A DNA stretch of 58,476 nt from Hemiscyllium ocellatum (lineage: Eukaryota): positions 3,286,001 through 3,344,476 of the forward strand of contig NW_026867487.1 of NCBI RefSeq assembly GCF_020745735.1, in the 5' to 3' direction. Shown here in pieces: positions 11,574-24,659 of this stretch. The position numbers were made by a program, and so were the translations under genes. Below the pieces are notes generated by a model. It was not told where the DNA came from, searched no databases, and was given only the letters and a program-made list of their open reading frames with translations. Each line of letters opens with the position of its first letter. Position 1 is the stretch's first letter.

Positions 11574-12239
11574 TCCTTGAACCATAAATTGGCTCTCTGT
11601 TGGTTAGAGTTGTTCTGATCCTGGGCTGTTGCAACGTACTGTTCAAATTCACACACCAAGAGGAAACCAAAATAACCTCGATCGGGCTGTTACACAATGG
11701 CTTCCTGAAGCTGCTGAGAAAATCAGCTGAAGACTCCAAAAATTCACACGGACACAGAAGAGAGTCATGTATGAACACTCAACTGCAAGTCTCCAAGGTT
11801 AACAATTTCCTGTCATGCGATTTGTAGACAGCCAGCTGGGAGATAGATCTCAGTTTCCAGGTTTCACAGACTCAGCACTCACATGAACACCCTCCCCCCA
11901 ACCGTGCGTACATGCGAGTTAGGTGAAACATCTAGCGACATGACCACAGATTACTGAAGACAAGGTATTAGAAAGGATGGTTATGCTGATTTGATTGTAT
12001 TGATAGAATAGCGCGTTGATGTGATCACATAGAGCTCTATCTATTGAGAACACACCATTGCAACCGTCTCTCTCTGTGTTGTTATGTGGGTCTGTTGAAT
12101 TGAAGTATGCAACAATTAATCAATAACAATCCAAGAACGTGAATCAAAATCCTCTCCTGATGTTTCTGCTGTAGCACTGCCAACCCATCTCCCATTTATT
12201 GATCTCAGTTCTTCGTTTCTCTGTGGATCTTCAGTGTCA

Positions 12240-12650
12240 GTTTAGAAGATTAAGGGGAGACTGAATAGAAACTTACGAGATAATACATGGATTGGAAAGG
12301 GTGGACGCTAGGGAATTGTTTCCGTTAGGCGAGGAGACTAGGACATGTGGACACAGCCTTAGAATTAGAGGGGGTCAATTCAGAACAGAAATGCGGAGAC
12401 ATTTCTTCAGCCAGAGAGTGGTGGGCCTGTGGAATTCATTGCTGTAGAGTGCAGTGGAGCCCGGGATGCTAAATGTCTTCAAAGCAGAGATTGATAGATT
12501 CTTGATGTCACGAGGAATTAAGGATTGCGGGGAGAATGCGGGTGAGTGGAGTTGAAATGCCCATCAGCCATGATTGAATGGCGGAGTGGACTCGATGGGC
12601 TGAATGGCCTTACTTCCACTCCTATGTCTTATGGTCTTATGGTCTTATCT
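12240..12650 (+). mobile_element. CR1 LINE 3' end
   Basis: agacatttcttcagccagagagtggtgggcctgtggaattc motif and a (tcttatgg)n tail. Confidence 0.8.
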
Positions 12651-13387
12651 TCACCACTATCTATAGGCATCTCTTTACCTTTAGTGCGAGTTTCCCATTT
12701 ATTCTCTCCTTGTTTTGGATGCTCCTCAGTCAACTCAGCCTGAATTTGATTGGAGCTATCATAATGGAAAAAAAAGAAACCAACTACATGACGGGTCTTT
12801 CATCTCAATTTTTTGAGACTTATTTCAACTGCAATTTCTCTCATTACTCTCATTACTCACTCCATTACCGTTCTCTTGCTTTAACTAACGTTGTATACAG
12901 GAGATCTCAGGAGTTTGTTTTTCGTTAAGTGTGTTGATGAAAGTATAACAAAATCACTTCCTCCTCTGGTCTGTTTTGCATCATAAAGCAGAGAGCTGCT
13001 GTTTATTTGGATGTTCTACTTCTGTCAATAGAACATGCCAATGGATGTGCGATTAACATTGATTAACATTGTCCCGAATGAAATGGAAGAAGGGGAGTTG
13101 CACTTAACAATCAGAGGAGCTACTGATGTGAAATGGTAGTGTGCATCCATTTGGTTGAAATCCAACCGGTTTCTCTACTAAGCGGATCGAGAAATACATA
13201 ATATCATCTTTCAAAATGATTTGAAAATAGAAACAGTATACTTTCTCACGAATTAACATTGATGCAATATTTCTAAACTGAACATGGGAGCTCAGCAAAA
13301 TGCATGTTTTTTCTGTTCTTGCTGCTCCTCTGCAGGGTTGCTGTGCTTGAGGTGCCGATGTTGTCGATAAGGTTCCTGTCTCCTGAG

Positions 13388-13844
13388 GGTTTCTGAATTG
13401 TTTGCTTATTGGGTTGCATGATGGTGAAGATCACTGCACAGAGGTAGATAGTGAGATCCTTAATTATAATGTCCCTAACGGACAAAGTTCTGCATTTTTC
13501 GTCCATATCTGTATTGTTGGCTTATTGGGTTGCATGATGGTGAAGATCACTGCACAGAGGTAGATGGTGAGATCCTTAATTGTAATGTCGCTAAGGGACA
13601 AAGTTCTGCTTTTATCTCCCCAATGAAAGGTCGTCTGAATTCTCCCTGTTCTGACTACGCTGCCCAAGGCAGTGATCAGAAGCTGCGATTCTCATTTGCC
13701 CAACCACCGTACCACTTCACAAAGCTGAGCAAGGTACTGGTGCTGCGGTTCATACTCAATGAGGTGCATTTCACAGCCGCCAGTGCCAGAGAAGAATTTG
13801 TGGTAGTTTCTTTGGCCAGGAGCTCTTTCACATAAAATCGAGCC
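13388..13844 (-). pseudogene. Decayed V relic (second family) with duplicated FR3 and RSS
   Basis: A catcAG acceptor precedes a 302-nt exon (13844-13543) reading ...VKCTSL...VKWY...DKSRTLSLSDITIKDLTIYLCAVI. RSS copy 1 is CACCATC/23/ACAGATATG and copy 2 is CACCATC/23/TCAGAAACC. Confidence 0.7.
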
Positions 13845-14519
13845 CTGATGGGTGATATGATGAGAGGAGAAAAGAGTGCAAGCTTCCAGCTCCCTGGAAT
13901 TACATTGTACTTCCCAGTGGGGAAACTGGATGTTGATTCCAACGACAAATCACTGGTATTGATTCATACACCCTGTGTGTATTCAAGTTCGTGTTAGAAA
14001 AAGAAGATTGCTCTATCACATTCCTTTGCTTGTCAAGGGGCCTCCATGTGTCAGAGTTTGAGATTCTCAACAATTCCTTTGGGAAATTGTCTCAAATTTA
14101 CTCGCAAAAGATAATATTATTTGCTGCTTAATTTGTTCCCTGGGAACATGTGACCGTCTCTGGTTTACGTAGTGTTTGTTTTTGAACCAAATACTCCTGG
14201 GGAAAATGCTCGTGACCTGTCATTTGAAACAGCTGTATCACTTGGCGTGAAGGTCGAGACAGGAAATCGCTAGGGACAGGAAGGGAGAATATTGATCCGG
14301 TGATACTGAAGGAAGGGTGATGCATTTCCAAATCACAATGTGAGTGACTCGGATGAGTACGTTCTGCTGACAGTTTTCTTGTTCTCTGCTGCCCTTGTCC
14401 TTCCAGTTGTCTTCCTAATGCTGGAAAACTTGCTCAGTTTCTTAAATTGTCTTTCCAGATGGAAGCAGTCTTCCGTTTCGAAGATGCTGGAAATCTTTTT
14501 TTTACAGTTGCCTCCCAGT

Positions 14520-16400
14520 GTTCAGCCACGGGGCAGTTGGGTTGGTTGGTGCGTGTGACCCGGTGTTTTCTGAAACGTTCCGCAAGTAGGCGGCCTGTCT
14601 TCCCAATGTATAGGAGGCCACAGCGGATGCAGTAAATGATGTGTGTGGAGGTGCAGGTGAATTTGTGATGGATATGGAAGGATCCACTGGGGCCTTGGAG
14701 GGAAGTGAGGGGGGAGGTGTGGGCGCAAGTTTGGCAATTCTTGCGGTTGCAGGAGAAGGTGCTGGGAGTGGAGGTTGGGTAGGTGGGGGGTGTGGATCTG
14801 ACGAGGGAGTCGTGGAGGGAATGATCTTTCTGGAAAGCTGATAGGGAAGGGGAGGGAAATATATCCTTAGTGGTGGGGTCTGTTTGGAGGTGGTGGAAAA
14901 TGACGAAGGATGATACGATGTATCTGGAGGTTGGTGGGGTGGTAGGTGAGGACCAGTGGGGTTATGTCCTGGTAGCGATTGGAGGGGCGGGGTTCAAGGG
15001 CAGAGGAGCGGGAAGTGGAGGAGATGTGGTGGAGAGCATCATCAACCACGTCTGAGGGGAAATTGTGGTTTTGAAGAAGAAGGCCACCTGGTTGGAATTG
15101 GTCCTCCTGGGAGCAGATGCGGAGAAAGCGAAGGGATTGTGAATATGGGATGGCGCTTTTACAGGGGGCAGGATGGGACGAGATGTAATCCAGGTAGCTG
15201 TGGGAATCAGTTGGTTCATAGTAAACGTCCGTGTTGAGTCGGTCGTCTGAGATAGAAATGGAGAGGTCTAGGAAGGGGAGGGAGGAGTCTGAGACGGTCC
15301 AGGTAAATTTAAGGTCGGGATGGAAGGTGTTAGTAAAGTGGATGACCTGTCAAACCTCCTCGTGGGAGCACGAGGTTGCGCCGATACAGTTATAAATGTA
15401 GCGGAGGAAAAGGTGGGGGCTGGTGCCAGTGTAGCTGCAGAAGATGGACTGCTCCACATATCCAACGAAGAGGCAGGCATAGCTGGGTCCCATGCGTGTG
15501 CCTATGGCTACTCCTTTGGTTTGGAGGATGTGGGAATATAGGAAAGAGAAGTTGTTCAGAGTGAGGACCAGTTCAGTCAGTCGAAGGAGGGTGTCAGTGG
15601 AAGGGTACTGGTTGGTTCGGCGGGAAAGGAAAAAGTGGAGGGCTTTGAGGCCTTCGTGCTGGGAGATGGTGTTGCATAGGTACTGGATGTCCATGGTAAA
15701 GATAAGGTGTTGGGGGCCAGGGAAGCTTAAATCTTGGAGGAGGTGGAGGGCGTGGGTGGTCTCCCGAATGTAGGTGGGGAGTTCTTGGACTAAGGAGGAC
15801 AGTACCGTGTCAAGGTATGCAGAAATGAGTTCAGTGGGGCAGGAGCAGGTTGAGACAATGGGTCGGCCAGTTCAGTCAGGTTTGTGGATTTTGGGCAGGA
15901 GGTAGAAACGGGCGGTGCGGGGTTGTGGGATTATGAGGTTGGAGGCGGTGGATAGGAGATCCCCTGAGGTGATGAGGTTATGGATGGTCTGGGAGATGAT
16001 GGTTTGGTGGTGGGAGGTGGTGTCATGGTCAAGGGGGCAGTAGGCGGAGGTGTCTGTGAGTTGGAATTTAGGCCTCTGCAATATAAAATCAGTGCGCCAA
16101 ACTACCACCACGCCTATCTTGTCTGCCGGTTTGATGGTGAGGTTGGGATTAGAGCAGAGGGAGTGGAGGGCTGCACGTTGCGAGATTGAGAGGTTGGAGT
16201 GGGTGAGAGGGGTGGAGAGGTTGAGGCGGTCAATGTCACGGCGGCAGTTGGCTATGAAGAGATCGAGGGCGGGTAGCAGGCCAGCACTGATGTCCATTTG
16301 GATAGGGTGCGTTGGAGGCAGGGGAAAGGGTCGTCAGAGGTTGGGTGGGAGTCCTGGTTGAAGAAGTAGGCGCGGAGGCGAAGGCGGTGGAAGAAATGTG
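14520..16400 (-). mobile_element. Penelope-like retroelement (RT and GIY-YIG remnants)
   Basis: LQTKGVAIGTRMGPSYACLFVGYVEQ...FLRYI (15350-15694) and a GIY-YIG-like IYCIRC..LLYIGKTGRLLAERFRKH near 14560-14640. Confidence 0.88.
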
Positions 16401-18462
16401 CGATAATAAGTGGTATGCTTTAGTTTTGAGTGATATCGTTGCCTCAAATGGAAATATGGAAAGATCACATGACGGTTTATGGTGCGAATCGAAAACATAA
16501 CTGACATGGAATAATTGCACTCACCCTCAGCGTAATCGATGCTAATTGCATCTCCATTTTCATGCCTTATTTTCAGGAGTACAACACTGAAAGAAACAGC
16601 GGCTTTCCTCTTTATAGCACAAAATGGGGCAGTGCAGGAAGTGCGGTTGTTACAGAGTGATGAACACATTAATCAAAAGAGGCATCGTCCTGGGATTCCA
16701 GCCATTTTAATCTGAGCATGCTCGTGTTAGTGTAAATGTGTATTTTGTGGGTGTGTGTGTGTGTGGGTGTGTGTGCACACGTGTGTGTATAAGAACGTTT
16801 CGTTGCGCATGTTTACTTTGATAGCTTAATTTGAGTGCTTCGACGTACTCTGCTGTGTATTGTTCTGTCTGTCTTATTGTCTGATGGGAAACTTGCTCGA
16901 ATGTTTAGAAATGTACATCTGGAGCATTTCATCACGGATCTAATATTAGCACAAAAGCAGCTGGCTGTCGCCATTTGGCATAAATTGACTGCAGGGGTGA
17001 TTGTGAATGAATCGATAAAAAAAAATTGTATTTTTCCTCACTTCACGCTCGTATCTTTACTCGGTAAAATGCCGCCCTCTTTTGGCAGATGTCCATTACG
17101 CACAAAAGAAACGGTCAAACCAATCAATGGTTCAGTCAGAGAGAAACATACAGTACAGATCAGCAACATACAATCCAATTCAAACCTACCGCATCAACAA
17201 CGCACACACAGCAGCAATGTGCAGCTTTTATTGATCTCAACTCCTATGTTCAGCTGACATTCATAAATTCACTTGAGACATTCTCATGTTTGTTTTGTCC
17301 TATGTTTCTCTTGTTGCACATTCCTTTCACTCTGGACTGACCGTTCCACATCTCCCCTGTTGGAGTAACAATCCACAGGTTGATTAGATGGCACGTTAGT
17401 TTTTGGATCAAGGATTCATTGTGCACAATGGACAGATCTCACAATCTGATTAAGCTAATCCTTAAAGCAGAGTCAAAGTCAGATCTCCTTAAACGTCAGG
17501 TTTGCTCCAGCTGTCTTCCTAATGCTGGAAATGGTACTCAGTTTCTTAATTTGTTCGTGACCATTAACAGACATTCATTTCCACTCTTGGATTCTAAAGC
17601 GTCAATACAGGTCCGGTGTTCTGGAAATGGATAATCGGTTTAAATATGTATTCTGTTTATTAATGTCAGCGCAATTCATCTGTATATATGCAAGTAGCAT
17701 GGAGAGATCTTGTGATATTGTGGTAGTGTCCCGATTTGTATCAGCAGGCGCAAATTCAACTGTCGCATGCTCGAGAGGTGTGAAATAAAATTTAAAAATG
17801 ACAGAATCGAAACGATAAGGTTGCTGCACCGTCGGAGAGTCCAGGAGCAGCGTTACAATCACGGAATGATGAGTCACATGGTTAAGATGAAAATGAGGAG
17901 GCATTTCTTCTCTGAAATAGAGTAGAAGCTGTGGAGATATTTTCGACATGATTTTTGATCTAAATATGCACAAGTCTGAGATAGGTATGGGAAGACGATA
18001 CAGCCTGGTCTTGTGTCCTTCTGGAGGTTGCAAGATTCACACGTGTTTGAATTAACGCATATAAAGTCGAAAGAGGACTTGATTAGGAGAATCTGTAGTC
18101 CATATCCGAAACATGTCTGTTTTCCCAATCTGATCATGTGCGTGATCCTCACATTATCCATTCTGCGATTTTCACAGTGGTCACCTCTCTAATAACCACA
18201 TTTACCCTATTTGTCTATGTATGCGTAATGACGCTTCTGTCAGATTGGATGCTGATGTCTTTTGCTGCCCAAGCTCTGGCCATAGTTGTATTAACTCGTA
18301 GCCACCAACAGAGAGTGACATGGCATCACTTCAAGTCAAGTGGAGTTGCAACTCAGGTAGGCTTTGACCCTAAAAAAAAATGTCCTGGCAAGCATCTCTG
18401 ATTGCACAGAGACAGGCGAGCAAGCTCACAGACACTCGCACCAGTTTTCTGTCTCTGCCTGT

Positions 18463-18624
18463 NNNNNNNNNNNNNNNNNNNNNNNNNNNNNNNNNNNNNN
18501 NNNNNNNNNNNNNNNNNNNNNNNNNNNNNNNNNNNNNNNNNNNNNNNNNNNNNNNNNNNNNNNNNNNNNNNNNNNNNNNNNNNNNNNNNNNNNNNNNNNN
18601 NNNNNNNNNNNNNNNNNNNNNNNN
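18463..18624. other. Assembly gap (162 N)
   Basis: Run of N. Confidence 1.
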
Positions 18625-19447
18625 AACCTGCCATGGGTTAGTCTCAGAATCTCAACATTCAGTTTGAGAAAATGTGTATGCAGATAAATAATTTCCGAGG
18701 AAGGATGTAAACGTTACATCTGACTTTGCGCCAAAGATTCTTGAGGAACTGCTGAAATTTTGCAGCAATTTATGTTTCAGGTTTTCAGAGACTGTTTCCC
18801 TGTTTCATTCCCTTCAGTTCAATGTGATGCAATTCTACCTTCTGCTGATGCATAGCAAGACAAAGGTAAAACTCATCGGGAATTCAGTCAGAGAGAGAGC
18901 AACAACAGCTGGCACCATTCAAACAGAAAGCAGCATCAACTCGCACACAGGGGCAGTGTGCATAGTTTGCTTCTTTCAACTTATATAACCAGCTGAAATT
19001 CATCAAACCAATGTTTATACTTTAAAGTCTTTTTTGTCCTTTGCTTCTCTTTGCTGAGATGCCTATAATTCTGAGGATCCCTTTCCACTAATCCAGCATC
19101 AGTTTAGCAAAATCACAGCCAAAATTTTGTCAATACGACATGTGACTTTGTAAACGAACATCGGCTCATGCAGAATAGACAGATCTCACAGAGGAATAAA
19201 TCTGATCCTTAAAATGCAGAATCAAATTTCAATTCATTTCAGCCCTTCTTCACCCGCCTCCTTAATGCTGCTAAACGTGATTACTTGCTTGACTTATTTT
19301 TGACAATCAACATTCCAGGCATTCATCTCGCAAACTGGACTCGATAATCTAGAACCGTTCCCATTTGAACACCAGGAATGAAACACAAGACTATGCGATG
19401 ACATTCGATGTCTGGAGGGCTGCATAGAGGTGAGCGTGATCCAAAGT

Positions 19448-19710
19448 GGGCGGCCCAGTGGCTCAGTGGTTAGCACTGCTGCCTCACAGCACCAGGGATG
19501 CAGGTTCAATTCCTGCCTAGGGCATCTGTCTGTGTAGAGTTCGCACATTCTCCCCACGTCTGGGTGGGTGTTCTCTGGTTTCCTCCCACAGCCCAAAGAT
19601 GTGCAGGTTTGGTTCATTGGCTATGCTATATTGCGTGTAGTGTCAGCTTCAGTCATCAATGTGGGGTGTGCTGAGTGGCCTGTTTCCACGCTGTATGGAA
19701 CCTAATCATG
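19448..19710 (+). mobile_element. HE1/V-SINE
   Basis: gggcggcccagtggctcagtggttagcactgctgcctcacagc head. Confidence 0.75.
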
Positions 19711-20119
19711 TTAGTGCTTTTTATTTATCACCATGCAGATAATTCTTTAGTCGAGGAGTAAACGTGGAGGCATCGTATAATATCCTGAAATTGAGTCAGG
19801 AGGTCTACATTCAAGTACCACAACTGTAGAAATATTCAATGAAAGCTTGAGCAAAACCTGATTAAATCTGGAAATGGCATTTTAACCTGTGAAAGTATCT
19901 TGGAATAGAATGCATAATCTAAGAACATGAAGACACATCTTTCAGAAAGATAAGCAGGCATCCAGAGAATAATGATAGTGGAATTATTTGCCACAGAAGC
20001 TGTGCTATAAGTACATTTCAAACTGGTACGATCTTAGCAAAGCTACACAGGTTGTGCCTATGTCCTCTTGAATATAGAAGGGTCAACCGTGAATGAACAA
20101 ACAGCAAGAACAAGAATGA

Positions 20120-21780
20120 ATTGAAACCAAAAGACATCAGACATAGGAGCAGAAATTAGGCCGTGGAACCAACCGAGTTTGCTCTATAGTTCAATCATGG
20201 CTGATAAGTTTCTCAAACCTATTCTGCCCCTTTCTCCTTGTAACTCTTGATCAAGTTGACACACAAAGCTTATTTATCTCAGACTTCAATACACTCAATG
20301 ACCTGACCTCCTTTGACAATGAATTCCGTAAATGCACCATTTTCCGGCCAAAGTAATTCCTTCTTAACTCCGTTTTAAAAGGTCTTCCCTTTACTCGAAG
20401 TCATGTCCCCGGGTCTGAGCTTCTCCTACCAATTGAAACATCTTCTCAATATCTACTCTGTCCAGGCCATTCAGTCTGCTGTGCGTGTTGCAACTAGATT
20501 CCCCCCGCCCATTCTTCTAAAACCCAAAATTGCCAAATGCTTTTCATTTATGAGACCATTCTCACGAACGTCCTCTGAAAATGCTCCAAGACCAGTATAT
20601 ACTTCTTGTGATATGGGGCACAAACCTGAATTCAAACTACATATTCAAGTTTGTATTCAAGTTATCTCAACAAAAACGTCACAATTACATTTGCCTTCCT
20701 AACTAGTAACTCAACCTCCAAATTTTCCTTGAGACAATCCTGGACTAGAACTCCCAAGTCTCTTTGCGCTTCAGACTTCTGAATTTTCTCCCCATTTAGA
20801 AAGCAGTCCATGCTTTAATTCTTCTTAATAGAGTGCACGATCTCACTCTTCCCCACGTTGTACTCTATGTGCCACCTCTTTGCCCACTCTACTCATCCGT
20901 CCAAATGCTTCTGCAACCTCCACACTTCCTCAACGCCACTGGTTCCTCTACCTATCTCGGTATCATCTGAAAACGTAGCCAGAATGCCCTCAGTTCCTTC
21001 ATCTAGATCGTTAATGTTAAAAGTGAAAATTTGCATTCTCAACATCGAGCATTGCGGAACTCTTGTCACTGGCTGCCAGCCTGAGAAGGACCATTTTATC
21101 CCCACTCTCTACTTTCTTACAGACAGCCACTCCTATGGGACACTTCCAAATTCTAGTCATTACTGAAAGATCACGACTAAAGGCCCTGCTATCTCTTGAG
21201 ATAGCTCCCTTAAAACTCTGAAATGCAGTCTATCTGGTCCACGTTATTTGACCACCTTAGGCCGTTCAGATGTTCGAGCATTTTCTCCTTGATGATGGCC
21301 AACATTCTCAGCTCTGCCCCTCCCTCTTGAATTTTTAGGATATTTGTCGAGTCTTCTACGTGCAGAATGACGCAAAATAATTATTCAGTTCCTCAGCCAG
21401 TTCCTAGTTCCTTAGACCTATCTCTCCGTCATCATTTTCCAACGGCCCAGTGTTCACCTTTGCCTTTTATATTTTTAAAGAAACTCTTAGAGTCTTCCTT
21501 TATATTACTGGCTAGCTTACCCTCAGATTTAATCTGCTTCCTCTTGATTTGTTAATTTTTTCCTCTCTGTTGGCATTTGTGGACTTCTCAATCCTTTGGT
21601 TTCCCACTGCCCTTCGCCACAGTATATGCTTTCTCTATGGTTTTTATGATATCCCTAGCTTCCCAAGTCAGCCATGGTTGCCGACTCCTCTCTAAACCTG
21701 GTTTCTTTATCCTCGGGATGAACCTCAGATGTGTCTCCTGAATAACTTTCAGAAACTCCTGCCGTTGCTGTTCCAACTGG
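20120..21780 (-). mobile_element. Fragmented CR1 LINE, paralogous to about 46200-48125
   Basis: Minus-strand SGWQPVTRVPQCSML...INDLDEGTEGILATFSDDT (RT) and upstream ORF2 fragments. Confidence 0.8.
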
Positions 21781-21829
21781 GTGGCTGGGCGGGTTCATGT
21801 CACACTACAGGTGACCCCATTGCACCATA

Positions 21830-22010
21830 CGCACACACAGACAGACGCACACTCCCAGACACTGACACCCTCACAGACACATACACACATGAAATCCTAT
21901 ACACACAGACATTCCTACACACACACACACAGACACTCCGAAACACACACAAACTCCCAAACGCACACAAACTCCGACACACATACAGACTCACACCTAT
22001 TTGCACTCAC
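21830..22010. repeat. CA-rich degenerate simple repeat
   Basis: Direct reading. Confidence 0.8.
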
Positions 22011-22116
22011 GCTCATATTGTCGTCATTCTGACAAAGTCAAAGCGTATTTGTTCCAGTCATCTCTCTGCAGACATGCAATCCTGGAATAAAATAATCTAA
22101 TTTTGTGTTACTTTAG

Positions 22117-22390
22117 ATTACTTGCAGTGTGGAAACAGGCCCTTTGGCCCAACAAGTCCACACCGACCCACTCCCCTACATTTACCCCTTCACTTAACAC
22201 TACTGACAATTTAGCATGGCCAATTCACCTAACCTGCACATCTTTGTGTCTGCGGGAGGAAACCGGAGCAAACCCACGCCGACACGGGGAGAATGTGCAA
22301 ACTCCACGCAGTCAGTCGCCTGATTGGGAAATTGAACCCGGGTTTCTGGTGCTGTGAGGCAGCAGTGCTGACCGTTGTGCCACCATGCCG
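22117..22390 (-). mobile_element. HE1/V-SINE
   Basis: Reverse complement of the 6116-6425 element. Confidence 0.8.
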
Positions 22391-24168
22391 TCTTGTTCTA
22401 TTGGCGTAGTTGCACATCTTGGCATCCACTGGTAGGGATGAATGTCTGGTTTACTAACAGTCACAAACAAATCAACAATGAAATAATATTTTCCCACAAT
22501 ACCATGGACAGCTTGGAGAGGTACTGACATTGTGGATAATCTAATTTTTTTTGTCTGCTATAATGATCAAAATCGTTGAGTCATGAGTTCTCCCAATGTG
22601 TACAAACGTTCCCTCATCCACAAAGTGACTCCGAGCAAATGCACCCTTTAAACAGACTGTGGACTGTGATGACAGGAGATGGAGGCATCTTACGTGGAGA
22701 AAAGATTGTTCAGAACAAAATTCGTCTGAGGAAAGAGAAATTACAGGCAAGCGGGTTGAGAGCAGCAAATATTTCATACAGATCCCGTGTGTGATTTGAT
22801 GCTGCTGTCAGATTGAATGGTGCTGTCAGCTACTGTCCTCACTCTGATTGAAGCCCTGATGCGTTTGACCTTCCTGATTGCAGTAGCGGACATACACCAG
22901 CAGATGGCGGAATTTTAGCATGTGCAGGAAAATCTGGAAAGAGCGTTTATTTCATTAATTCATTCATTATCATTTCTCTAAACAATTTAACTTCCAAAGC
23001 AATGGCCAATTCTTTCAGTCCGCGCATTAAGCAACACTCTAGCTGAAATTTTATAATGTTTGGAAAATGGCTCCAATCGGACACAGAACAAAAAAAACAC
23101 ACAGCAGCACGGCAAAAACATTCAAATACAGACATAAGTCTGCAAAAACAAATGTTCGCTTCTTAACATTCGTACAGACACTCATACACGCTGTCTTCAG
23201 CACTTATACCAGAATGCACGCATGCACAAATACACACACTGGATGAAATACACAGAAACACATTCATACTCGAATGCATGCATGGACATAAACACACTTA
23301 AACAAACATGGACAAACACAAGCACACGCACGCATGCGTGCACACACACATACATACAGAGTCTCGCTGTGTCTCTCTGCCTCTGCCTCTGTCTCACACA
23401 CAGATACACATGGATTATGAGGGTGCTGGAATCTAAGACAGCATCTGTGAGATTGTTCAGGAGAACACTGGATCCTGCTCTGTGAAGCCTCTGTGCTCAG
23501 AGAGATAGAAAGGCAAAGAGAAGGAGGAATGATCGTGAAACAGCTCAGTGAGGATATCTGACAGGAACCAAACAAAAACCGGAAGCGTGATTTCCTTGAG
23601 CACGCGGAAAAAAACAGCAACAGAGTATGAGAATAAAGGGGAATCTAGTAAAATTGATGTCAGAGATATTGCTGGATAAGATTGAGATTGAGTTCAGCGA
23701 TGGGGAGATTGGGATTGAGGGATTGTATTTTAAGAGAGAGAGAGCAGTTCGTGAAACCCACAAGAATCACACGAGGCGTCTAAATTTCGCGTGCAGCTTA
23801 CATGGTTAATTTCACTGCACCATTAATTGGTTTTTCACAAGAATTAGCTTCAACTGGGGATGAGTGACAGAAAAAGACGTGAGTCATGGAAGTAGTATAC
23901 TCGGAATCTGGAAATTGCTTATAATAGATGAAAACCATTGTCTTAGAATGCGCAAGGGCCCCTTGTTAAGGGCAGTTACTCGAACTCAGCTTGGCGAATG
24001 TGAATTTATCAGGAGTCACCTCTCCTCCTGCAACCTCTCCTATTTATCACCGAGAAAAGGCAGTGAGCTGTGTACATGCAGGTTCAGTGCGGCAGTATAT
24101 TGAGGGAGGAGTTATAGAACGGCTGTCTTTAAATGCACTGCAGCGCTATCCCATTCAGGACAGAGACA

Positions 24169-24620
24169 ATGTGTCTACTCAGAATCTGGGTGTTGTGGGG
24201 ATCAATTCTAATAGATAGGCATGGAGAAAATATAATTCATATTCGTTTATATGATCATGTTTTGCATTGATGTCAGCCTGACATTTTGCAATCTCTATCT
24301 GCTTTCGTTTCAGGCCTGAGTCATGCAAATTCAATCACTCAGTTACTCTCCTCAGATTCTCGGACAGAAGGCGATGCAGTGACTCTAAGTTGTACCTATG
24401 ATTCTACAGTGAGCTATTATTGGTTATGTTGGTACCGACAGCACCCAGGCACACAACCCGAGTATATACTAAGCAAATATTCAGAAGGAAATGAGGATAA
24501 AGCAGATTTTGCTCAAGATCGCTTCTCTGTAGACCTTCAGAAGGCAAATAAATTCACCAGTTTGACGATCACTGGTCTACAACTGACAGACACTTTCGTG
24601 TACTACTGTGCTTTCTGGGA
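24169..24620 (+). pseudogene. TRAV/DV: TCR alpha/delta V with open V exon but defective leader donor (leader 24169-24214, V exon 24314-24620)
   Basis: Leader MCLLRIWVLWGSILI ends AG|ATAGGC (GT to AT). V exon GLSHANSITQLLSSDSRTEGDAVTLSCTYDSTVSYYWLCWYRQ...YYCAFWD is fully open. Confidence 0.8.
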
Positions 24621-24659
24621 CACAGTGATGAGGAACTGTCTCACCCCTGTACAAAAACT
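24621..24659 (+). promoter_or_regulatory. 23-RSS
   Basis: CACAGTG, 23 nt, ACAAAAACT. Confidence 0.97.

Noticed and set aside
17395-17430. Minus-strand CACAATG...CCAAAAACT in the unclassified repeat
   Set aside because: The spacer is 10 nt, no YYC precedes it, and it is not conserved in the 9.4-kb copy.
18353-18687. ORFs spanning the N run
   Set aside because: Artefacts of translating through the gap.
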